Positions 1-7,815 of a DNA stretch of 56,385 nt are shown here, piece by piece (the first letter of the stretch is position 1; each line of letters opens with the position of its first letter). Source of the DNA: an uncultured archaeon (GTDB lineage: Archaea > Thermoproteota > Bathyarchaeia > Bathyarchaeales > DTEX01); the NCBI GenBank assembly GCA_938091805.1, contig CALKGV010000040.1, forward strand, positions 1 to 56,385, given 5' to 3'. The position numbers and the translations under genes are program-made. The notes under the pieces are model-generated. The model worked only from the letters and a program-made list of their open reading frames with translations, did no database searches and was not told the DNA's origin.

Positions 1-142
1 ATATAAATGTCTTCCGAATCAAAGGGATTAATGTAGAGGCGTCAAACTTTACTTCAGCCTCAAACTTCTCATATGCTCTTTTAATCTCGCTTTCATATTT
101 AACTCCTAAAAGTTTAGGCTGAGCTGATGGATATTTAGGCAT
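1..142 (-). CDS. partial CDS (first 47 codons, runs off window); hypothetical protein
   Basis: ATG at 142-140 on the minus strand opens a stop-free frame to position 1: MPKYPSAQPKLLGVKYESEIKRAYEKFEAEVKFDASTLIPLIRKTFI. Divergent from ABCE1. No family recognised. Confidence 0.35.
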   Translation of the reverse strand, partial: MPKYPSAQPKLLGVKYESEIKRAYEKFEAEVKFDASTLIPLIRKTFI

Positions 143-174
143 GGTTTATTGCCTTCAACTTTTTAATCTTTTCT

Positions 175-2043
175 TTGCATAAATATGTGGATGAGCAAAT
201 TTATTATTTACCTTTGCTTCTTTTAGAATTCACAGAGCTGGAGAAGAGTAGGAGGAAAAATAACATTAGAATAGCTGTCGTCGACTTAGATAAGTGTAAA
301 CCCGCCCGATGCGATAGGACATGCTATCGATTCTGCCCCCAGGTTAGAAGTAAGGTTGAAGCAATAAGGTTTGAAAATAATAAGCCCATTATATCTGAAA
401 TACTTTGCACTGGCTGCGGTATATGTGTCAAAAAATGCCCATTCAGGGCGATATCGATCGTCAATTTGCCTGAAGAATTAAGGGGCGAGTGCGTGCACAG
501 ATTTGGGCCGAACACGTTTAAATTGTTCCGCCTGCCAACCCCATCTCCAGGAACGGTGCTTGGGCTAATTGGACAGAACGGTATTGGTAAGTCAACGGTC
601 TTAAAGATTTTCTCCGGCGAGATCAAGCCTAACCTTGAAAGATATAGTGATCCTCCAGAATGGTCTGAAATAATACAGTTCTTCAGAGGTTCAACCCTCC
701 AAACTTACTTCCAAAAATTAAGTAATGGCAGACTTAAGATTGTTCATAAACCACAGTATGTAGATAAAATCCCGCATATCGTTAGGGGGAATGTAGGTGA
801 GGTACTGGAACGTATCGATGAAAGGGATAGGCTGGATGAGATCTCTGAAAAGCTTCAACTTAAGGTCGTCTGGGATAGGCCTCTAGACGTTCTAAGCGGC
901 GGTGAGCTTCAGAGGGTCGCTATAGCAGCGGCTGTCTGCCGTGAAGCAGACGTGTATCTTTTTGATGAACCCTCAAGCTACTTGGACGTCAAGCAGAGGC
1001 TGGAAGCAGCTAAGGTTATCAGAAGCTTGAAGGAAGCTGAAAAGATGATTGTCGTAGCGGAACATGATTTGGCGGTGTTAGACTACCTTTCAGATCAGAT
1101 CTGCATATTCTATGGTAAACCAGGCGTGTATGGGATAGTCTCCCATGTTCACAGCGTTAGAACAGGAATTAACATCTACCTTAACGGGTTCATTCCGGAT
1201 GAAAATATGCGTTTCAGAAAGGAGCCGATAATGTTTCACGTGAAACCGCCAACGACAGCTCCGCTTGCCAGCGCACCAATGCTTAAATGGAGCGAAATGA
1301 TGAAAACCTACGGTGATTTCACCCTAAAAATTGAGCCTGGGGAAGCCGGAGCAGGAGAAGTAATAGGCATACTTGGCCCAAACGGCATTGGAAAAACATC
1401 CTTCATAAAGATTTTGGCCGGAATTGAAAAGCCTAATTATGGGCAGCCGCCGGTTGAGAACATTTTGAGGGTTAGCTATAAGCCACAATATATATCAACT
1501 GACTATGAGGGAACCGTCGATGATCTTCTAAAGATGACTGCAAAGGAGCAATTCGCATCCAGCTGGTACCAAAGCGAAATAATTCAGCCGCTTAATCTAA
1601 GCCCGCTGCTTGATAGGAGCGTCAAAGAACTAAGCGGTGGCGAGCTTCAGAAGGTTGCTATAGCAGCATGTCTCTCGCGTGATGCAGACTTGTATCTTCT
1701 CGATGAGCCAAGCGCATATTTAGATGTTGAGGAAAGATTGGCGATGGCTAGAACAATCCGGAGGATCATTGAGGATAAAAATGCAACAGCCTTCGTTGTT
1801 GAGCACGATATTGTTGCTCAAGACTTCATAGCGGATAGATTAATAATATTTACTGGCGAACCGGGCATTCATGGAACAGCGAAAACTCCGACAAGTCTCC
1901 TTGATGGAATGAACATGTTCCTGAAAGAAATGAATATAACCTTTAGAAGGGATCCGGAAACAAAAAGACCGCGTGTTAACAAGGAAGGCTCAAGGTTAGA
2001 TGAGCACCAGAAAAGAATTGGACAGTACTACTACATTAAATAA
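175..2043 (+). CDS. abce1: ABCE1 / RNase L inhibitor-type ribosome-recycling ATPase
   Basis: N-terminal 4Fe-4S domain (CTGCGICVKKCP) and two ABC NBDs (GQNGIGKST, GPNGIGKTS; LSGGELQR, LSGGELQK). The longest ORF opens at TTG 175. The conserved N-terminus RIAVVDLDKCKP begins right after ATT 265, which lies 9 nt past GGAGG 251-255. The true start is uncertain (TTG 175/214, GTG 187 or ATT 265). Confidence 0.93.
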   Translation: MHKYVDEQIYYLPLLLLEFTELEKSRRKNNIRIAVVDLDKCKPARCDRTCYRFCPQVRSKVEAIRFENNKPIISEILCTGCGICVKKCPFRAISIVNLPEELRGECVHRFGPNTFKLFRLPTPSPGTVLGLIGQNGIGKSTVLKIFSGEIKPNLERYSDPPEWSEIIQFFRGSTLQTYFQKLSNGRLKIVHKPQYVDKIPHIVRGNVGEVLERIDERDRLDEISEKLQLKVVWDRPLDVLSGGELQRVAIAAAVCREADVYLFDEPSSYLDVKQRLEAAKVIRSLKEAEKMIVVAEHDLAVLDYLSDQICIFYGKPGVYGIVSHVHSVRTGINIYLNGFIPDENMRFRKEPIMFHVKPPTTAPLASAPMLKWSEMMKTYGDFTLKIEPGEAGAGEVIGILGPNGIGKTSFIKILAGIEKPNYGQPPVENILRVSYKPQYISTDYEGTVDDLLKMTAKEQFASSWYQSEIIQPLNLSPLLDRSVKELSGGELQKVAIAACLSRDADLYLLDEPSAYLDVEERLAMARTIRRIIEDKNATAFVVEHDIVAQDFIADRLIIFTGEPGIHGTAKTPTSLLDGMNMFLKEMNITFRRDPETKRPRVNKEGSRLDEHQKRIGQYYYIK

Positions 2044-2044
2044 A

Positions 2045-2584
2045 TCATTCCTCAGATTCTGTCACGTATATCTTCAGCCCATGAGACTTTAGGAATCTAA
2101 CTATATCCGGCTTTTTGAGGGCCCTAAGTAGGCTATAGCCCAGCATTGCGACGGCGAAGAGGCTACTTATTGCTAGAACCGCTATGCTTAAGAGCCATGG
2201 CGGCAATACTGCGCTTTCAACTGGAAATAAAATCCAAACGTAGCTTCCAACAATTAACCCTATAGACAATGCGCCGAGGATGCAGCCAATCAAGGGTTTA
2301 TTCCTCATTTTAAAGATTAACGCTGAAGCAATAATGTTAGCAACCGGGCCGAAAATTATATCGATAAATCCGTAAGGCACTGAAGCTGAAAAGTAAACGT
2401 TACTTATAAAGCAACCAACCGAGGCTCCAATAATCGCCGGCGGGCCGAAGAGTGCAGATAATGGTATTAATGCATCTGCGAAACGTATCTGAATCGAAGC
2501 TGCGGCGCTTATCCCCTGAACTATCACTAGCGTAGAGTATAGGGTTATAAAAAGCGCCGTTAAAGCTAAATCTTTACTATCCAT
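2045..2584 (-). CDS. QueT-like membrane transporter (queuosine/archaeosine precursor S-component family)
   Basis: 179-aa polytopic membrane protein. The N-terminal pattern DLALTALFITLYSTL...IQIRFADALIPL and the overall size resemble the QueT family. AGGGGA SD lies before the ATG. Confidence 0.5.
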   Translation of the reverse strand: MDSKDLALTALFITLYSTLVIVQGISAAASIQIRFADALIPLSALFGPPAIIGASVGCFISNVYFSASVPYGFIDIIFGPVANIIASALIFKMRNKPLIGCILGALSIGLIVGSYVWILFPVESAVLPPWLLSIAVLAISSLFAVAMLGYSLLRALKKPDIVRFLKSHGLKIYVTESEE

Positions 2585-2763
2585 GATTTCATCCCCTTAT
2601 CTTAAAGCCTATTGAATGGAACAGATCAGAGATGCCTAACAGTAAGCCTCTTAAGAAAAGCTTACTCTACGCTAAGCATTAATAAAGCCTTCGGTCTTTT
2701 TAGCGGGGAAGGCAAAAGTTATTTATTAGCCATCTTCTCTTCTTATAGGGTGGTGATTTCTTT

Positions 2764-3006
2764 ATGGTTGCGGACGAGGAAAGAAAAGAAGCGTCTTACC
2801 GCTCCCACAAGGTTGTTATAAGAGGAATTGTTGAAGGATATGACGTGGCCTCACTGGAAGATCTGAAAAAACTTGAAAACCAGATCGAAAGTTTGCAGAG
2901 TGAAATAAATGCCCTTAAAAATCAAATAAGCGAATTGCAAAAAGCATTAAACGCCACAAACATGAGACAAGAGCGATTGGAAAACTTCCTAAGATCATTC
3001 AAATAG
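2764..3006 (+). CDS. small coiled-coil protein, function unknown
   Basis: 80 aa with a heptad-like LEDLKKLENQIESLQSEINALKNQISELQKAL segment. GGTGGTGA SD at 2749-2756 precedes the ATG. Confidence 0.5.
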   Translation: MVADEERKEASYRSHKVVIRGIVEGYDVASLEDLKKLENQIESLQSEINALKNQISELQKALNATNMRQERLENFLRSFK

Positions 3007-3135
3007 ATCCGTAACCAGAGCATCTAGCGCGATCTCATCCATTAACCCCACTTTTTCAATCGCTAAATTTAATTAGATCAAGCGCTAAAATTTGCTGAAG
3101 GCTGATGAAAGCTGAAAGGCTTGGAGGATTGATTA

Positions 3136-4191
3136 ATGAGTTTAAGCATTAATAAGATGATTTTCGCCACGATCCTAGTTGCAGCATTTATTATTGGAGC
3201 GTTTTCATCATATTTATGGGTCGCAGGCTATTATGCGTCATTAGAGCTCAACCTCCCTGAAAAACCAGTCATATCAGTACATAGTTTTCTAACCTCAGCT
3301 GAAGACTCTTCGTTCTTCAATATTACAATACTTAACCCATCACTCTCGCCTGAAGAGATAAAAATCTTAGGAATTTATGTTTTAACAGAAGATGGCAGAA
3401 GCCATAAAATTACCTCAACCAGCCCAAACATACCAAACAGCGGTTACATAATAAAAGTTGGGGAATCAAAAGTTTTCACATGTTTCTGGAACTGGATAAA
3501 TTATACTGGACAAAGAATAAGCATCGGTGTTTTAGCTGAAAATGGTTCTGGAGGGACATTGTCAGCCATCCTTCCTTTAATAGAGGCTAGAGTCGCTGAT
3601 TTCTTTCTAGATCCGGAATGTGGAAACACGTTTAACATAACAGTTATGAACTCTGAGGAGTCGGTTGCCAAAATCAAGATTATCGGATTAAGCGTCATAG
3701 CAGATAGCTCGGTTTATAATATAGCCACCCAACCCCAGCTGCCGATAGTACTAGAGCCGAACAAGTCAATTAGCCTTACATGCTTATGGAACTGGACTGA
3801 GTATCAAGGTAAAACTATAACGATAGCCGCAATCACAGAGCAAAAATACGTTGCAGAAATAACTGAGTTCATACCTCAATATGTAGTCTTTAATATCGAA
3901 GAAATTAAATTCAGCTTGGACGATCCGTCCCACTTCAATTTGACAGTGTTAAACTCAGAATACTCAGAAATACCATTAAATATAACGAAAATCAGCATCA
4001 GACTTGAGAATGGCACCCTACTATCACCTTTAAGCGTTGATCCATCACTCCCTCAGATGCTGGATAAAAATTCAACAATAACATTTATGTGCAAATGGGA
4101 ATGGTCAACATATCGAAACAAAGAGTTAACGGTTACTGTATACGCTGAGCAAGGCTACAAAACTAAGGCTACCTATAAAACTCCAGCATGA
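3136..4191 (+). CDS. N-terminally membrane-anchored protein with three tandem ~100-aa repeats, probably extracellular glycoprotein
   Basis: GGAGGA SD. TM helix at aa 8-30. Three repeats each start FN(I/L)T(I/V)(L/M)N and contain C(F/L/K)W(N/E)W..Y (Cys at aa 116, 216, 319). At least ten N-x-S/T sequons. Confidence 0.7.
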   Translation: MSLSINKMIFATILVAAFIIGAFSSYLWVAGYYASLELNLPEKPVISVHSFLTSAEDSSFFNITILNPSLSPEEIKILGIYVLTEDGRSHKITSTSPNIPNSGYIIKVGESKVFTCFWNWINYTGQRISIGVLAENGSGGTLSAILPLIEARVADFFLDPECGNTFNITVMNSEESVAKIKIIGLSVIADSSVYNIATQPQLPIVLEPNKSISLTCLWNWTEYQGKTITIAAITEQKYVAEITEFIPQYVVFNIEEIKFSLDDPSHFNLTVLNSEYSEIPLNITKISIRLENGTLLSPLSVDPSLPQMLDKNSTITFMCKWEWSTYRNKELTVTVYAEQGYKTKATYKTPA

Positions 4192-4214
4192 ACTTCACCT
4201 AGGCAAAGACTTGA

Positions 4215-4940
4215 CTAGGTCTTAACGTTTCTTTTTAGCGAGTCCTCAAGTTTTATCAGAGATCCCGTAGGGTCTTCGCTGGTGGTGATATATGAGCCGA
4301 CAACAGCCGCTCTTGCGCCAGCTTCCCAAACCTTGATAATTGTTTCTGGATCTATGCCGCCATCAACTTTTATAAGTTTATTGGGAAATCTCTGAGAAAA
4401 TCTTCTTATTCTTTCCGTTGCTTCTTCACAGTATTTTTGCTTTCCCGCGCCCATAGGTACAGTCATCAATAAAACTATATCCGCGGCCTCAACGATCTTG
4501 TCAGTTAATCTTTCTTCCGCCGTTGGAAGATTTAGGCATATTCCAACCCTATAACCGAGATTCTTTAAGGTTTTAAGGGCTTCTATGGCATCGTGTTCCA
4601 AGCTGAATGATTCCACTTGCATTATGATTGTCGTTTTAAATCTGTCTTTTTCCCGAATAAACGAGTTTATCTCTTTCATTACTTCAAGCGGGTTTCCAAC
4701 CATTAAATGTATGGTTAAGGCAATTTTATCACGTAACTCTTCATATAATTTCCTTATAAGATCCGTTGAAAATTTATTTTTGGAAACAAGAGGCAGCCTC
4801 ATAACGTCTATATGAACATCATGTATTCTTCCAGTCTGCGCAAGTTTAATTACGTTTAGGAAAGCCCTAGATCTCTCTAAGTTCTCCAAGCTCCTCGAAA
4901 GCTCCTGCTCGTATTCTAGTATTGATAGCGAGATGAACAT
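4215..4940 (-). CDS. divergent ribulose-phosphate 3-epimerase-fold (RPE-like) TIM-barrel enzyme
   Basis: RPE-type motifs are kept: HIDVM, HLMVGNP, VLLMTVPMGAGKQ, KVDGGI, AGARAAVVGSYI. The canonical MDGHFVPN loop is replaced by MRLPLVSKN. Confidence 0.65.
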   Translation of the reverse strand: MFISLSILEYEQELSRSLENLERSRAFLNVIKLAQTGRIHDVHIDVMRLPLVSKNKFSTDLIRKLYEELRDKIALTIHLMVGNPLEVMKEINSFIREKDRFKTTIIMQVESFSLEHDAIEALKTLKNLGYRVGICLNLPTAEERLTDKIVEAADIVLLMTVPMGAGKQKYCEEATERIRRFSQRFPNKLIKVDGGIDPETIIKVWEAGARAAVVGSYITTSEDPTGSLIKLEDSLKRNVKT

Positions 4941-5016
4941 TTTCCGCTCATAATATTTTTGGAGAGTAATATTTTATATCTTGCGTTAAAAATAATCGTG
5001 AATGGTGATTCAATTT

Positions 5017-6555
5017 ATGAGTAATGGTTACTTTATTGGGGTGGATAATGGTACGCAAAGTACCAAAACCGTGGTCGTGGACGGTGAAACTGGCAAGGTT
5101 CTTGGTAAAGCAACAAAAGAATATGGTTTAATAGAAGGTTTACCTCCTGGGCATAAAGAGCAAGATCCGTCTGTTTGGATTGATGCATTAATAGATACTG
5201 TTAAAAGAGCAGTTTCGCATGCTAAAATTAACTCGGAAGACGTTAAAGCAATCGGCGTCTCCGGTCAACAGCACGGCTTAGTTCCGCTGGATGAGCATGG
5301 CACAGTCATAAGACCAGCTAAACTCTGGAATGATACAAGCACCTTTAAAGAATGTGAATATTTAACGAGAAAACTAGGTGGGTTCAATGCCGTCATAGAT
5401 GTCTTGGGTCTGCCGTTCTTACCGGGATATACAGCTCCAAAAATTCTGTGGCTTAAGCGACATGAACCATGGAACTATAAGCGTCTTAAGACTATACTTT
5501 TACCGCATGATTATCTGAACTTTTATTTAACTGGCAGAAAGGTTATGGAGTATGGCGATGCTTCTGGAACCGCGCTTATGAATATTAGGACGAGAAAATG
5601 GTGCAAAGAGGTTTTAGAAGCCATCGACCCGGATCTCGAGAAGATTCTCCCCACGCTGCAGAGTTCAGATAAGCCAGCCGGCATCATCAGGAAAGAGGTT
5701 GCGGAATTATTTGGTTTTAGAGATGATGTCCTTGTCAGCGCTGGCGGAGGAGACAACATGATGGGTGCAATAGGAACCGGAAACACCAGAAGAGGCGTTG
5801 TAACAGCAAGCTTCGGGACCTCAGGTACGATTTACGCCTACTCAGATATTCCAGTGATTGATCCGAAAGGTGAGATAGCTGCCTTCTGCGACTCGACGAA
5901 TGCTTGGCTGCCGCTTCTTTGCACAATGAACGTTACCGTCGCAACAGAATTCATCAGGAACCTATTTAATATGACTCATGATGAACTAACAGAGGCCGTT
6001 GAATCCGCGCCTATAAGTTCCGAGGGACTGATACTTCTACCATATTTTGAGGGTGAAAGGACACCTAATGTTCCCGATGGGACCGGAGTATTCTTCGGGC
6101 TAAACAGTCGAACCGTCGACAAGAATCACCTTGCTAGAGCCGCAATGGAGGGCGCAACGTTAGGGATGAACTATGGCTTAAACAGAATGAGGGAGCTTGG
6201 AATTAATCCGCAGCAGATTAGGCTGACTGGAGGCGGATCGAAAAATAGGGCTTGGCGGCAGATAGCGGCCGACGTATTTAATACGGAAGTGGTGTGTCTG
6301 AAGATTGATGAGGGAGCAGCCTATGGTGCGGCGCTGCAAGCCGTATGGGCCTACCGCAATTACATGGGTGAAAGAACAACAATACAGGAGATAACGGATC
6401 AATATGTTGAAGTTGATGAAAAAACCCTTGTCTTCCCAAAACAGGATAATGTTGCAGTTTACCAAGATCTTCAGAAGATTCAAAATGCTTTAAGCAGATC
6501 TTTAAGGAAGGTCTTCAGAATGCATAGAGAATTCCTGGGCAAATACGTATCATAA
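5017..6555 (+). CDS. xylB: FGGY-family sugar kinase, xylulokinase-like
   Basis: Motifs GVDNGTQSTK, AGGGDNMMGAIGTG and TGGGSKNRAWRQIAADV match XylB-type kinases. Start taken at ATG 5017, 8 nt after GGTGA; ATG 5002 is an alternative. Confidence 0.75.
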   Translation: MSNGYFIGVDNGTQSTKTVVVDGETGKVLGKATKEYGLIEGLPPGHKEQDPSVWIDALIDTVKRAVSHAKINSEDVKAIGVSGQQHGLVPLDEHGTVIRPAKLWNDTSTFKECEYLTRKLGGFNAVIDVLGLPFLPGYTAPKILWLKRHEPWNYKRLKTILLPHDYLNFYLTGRKVMEYGDASGTALMNIRTRKWCKEVLEAIDPDLEKILPTLQSSDKPAGIIRKEVAELFGFRDDVLVSAGGGDNMMGAIGTGNTRRGVVTASFGTSGTIYAYSDIPVIDPKGEIAAFCDSTNAWLPLLCTMNVTVATEFIRNLFNMTHDELTEAVESAPISSEGLILLPYFEGERTPNVPDGTGVFFGLNSRTVDKNHLARAAMEGATLGMNYGLNRMRELGINPQQIRLTGGGSKNRAWRQIAADVFNTEVVCLKIDEGAAYGAALQAVWAYRNYMGERTTIQEITDQYVEVDEKTLVFPKQDNVAVYQDLQKIQNALSRSLRKVFRMHREFLGKYVS

Positions 6556-6593
6556 GAAATGTTAGAGTAAATCTGGGAAAACCGAATTTTATA

Positions 6594-6624
6594 TTTTTAT
6601 AGCGGAATAATTTTTTATAGCGGA
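6594..6624. repeat. perfect 13-bp direct repeat TTTTTATAGCGGA x2 (6594-6606, 6612-6624) in the promoter region of the oxidoreductase gene
   Basis: Read directly from the sequence. Each copy carries a TATA-like core and lies 46-76 nt upstream of ATG 6670. Confidence 0.6.
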
Positions 6625-6669
6625 TCATCCATAATCTAGGGGTAATTTTAAAGAAGCGCGGTGAAAGAT

Positions 6670-7815
6670 ATGGAGAAGATCAATCTGGCTCTAATAGGTT
6701 GCGGCGGAATAGCCGATTCTCATGTCGAAGGTTTTAAGAATTTAAGCGTAAGAGGCCTAAAAGTCTTCAATATAAAGGCTGTGTGCGATGTCCTAAAGGA
6801 GAACGCTGAGAAAAAAGCTGAGAGAATTCAATATTTTCAAGGTTTAAAACCAAAAATTTACACGGATATCCGATCGATGCTTAAAAATGAAAGCTTAGAC
6901 GCAGTTGATATTTGCTTGCCACATAATTTACATCACGTTGCGGCATTAGAATGTTTAGAGAGGGGGCTTCATGTAATAATCGAAAAACCTTTAGGGATAA
7001 CGATGAGAGCGGCAAAAATTATAATCGATGAGGCTTCAAAGCGTAATAAGATACTGGCTGTTGCGGAAAACTATAGGAGAGCGCCTAATGAAAGGGCCTT
7101 CTGGTGGGCTATAAGAGAAGGTCTAATAGGTGAACCGCGAATGATCCTGTGGGCTGGCGTAAGCTGGGGTCCTAAACCTTGGGGCTGGAGAGAGGATAAG
7201 ATCGCTGCTGGAGGAAGCTGGGTATTCGATGGAGGCGTACATTGGGCAGATTTAGATAGATATCAGCTCGGCAAGGAAGCCATCGAGGTCTTTGCAATGT
7301 CGCATACATTTGATCCAGTTAAGGAGGGGGTTAAGGTAACCGTAGATGACATGACCATGGCGATAATAAGATATGAGGGAAACATCTTCTCCCAGTGGAC
7401 TTGGACTAGGGCCGCTCCGGGGAAGAGGATCTACATGCATATCATTTACGGTTCTAAAGGCTCACTCTCAGATGAGGGGGCTCAACTAGAAAAGAATGAG
7501 GGAAAAATCGAGGTTCAACCATTAAATGTCCTAATAAGTAATATGAAGAGAAAAATCCAGCAAGAAGATTTAGAGAGGCTGTTCCCAAGGGGGATAACGG
7601 ATACTTTTGCCATAGAACTATACGACTTTTATGATTCAATAGTTAACAAGAGGAACCCTGAGGTTGATGGGATGGAAGCTTACAAAGACATGGCAATACC
7701 CCTAGGCTTCTACGAGTCAGCCGTGCTAAATAAGCCCGTTAAAGTTAAGGACGTTGAGGAACTTCGCGTTGAGGAATATCAGAAGGAGATAAATGAAAAG
7801 CTCCTGCTCGTTTAA
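6670..7815 (+). CDS. Gfo/Idh/MocA-family NAD(P)-dependent oxidoreductase
   Basis: N-terminal Rossmann INLALIGCGGIA, the EKP motif (IIEKPLG), and a C-terminal alpha/beta domain. ATG 6670 follows GGTGA; GTG 6661 is an alternative. Confidence 0.85.
   Translation: MEKINLALIGCGGIADSHVEGFKNLSVRGLKVFNIKAVCDVLKENAEKKAERIQYFQGLKPKIYTDIRSMLKNESLDAVDICLPHNLHHVAALECLERGLHVIIEKPLGITMRAAKIIIDEASKRNKILAVAENYRRAPNERAFWWAIREGLIGEPRMILWAGVSWGPKPWGWREDKIAAGGSWVFDGGVHWADLDRYQLGKEAIEVFAMSHTFDPVKEGVKVTVDDMTMAIIRYEGNIFSQWTWTRAAPGKRIYMHIIYGSKGSLSDEGAQLEKNEGKIEVQPLNVLISNMKRKIQQEDLERLFPRGITDTFAIELYDFYDSIVNKRNPEVDGMEAYKDMAIPLGFYESAVLNKPVKVKDVEELRVEEYQKEINEKLLLV

Noticed and set aside
2612-2821. 69-aa ORF upstream of and overlapping the coiled-coil gene.
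   Set aside because: No start context, and it overlaps the better-supported 2764-3006 ORF, which has a GGTGGTGA SD.
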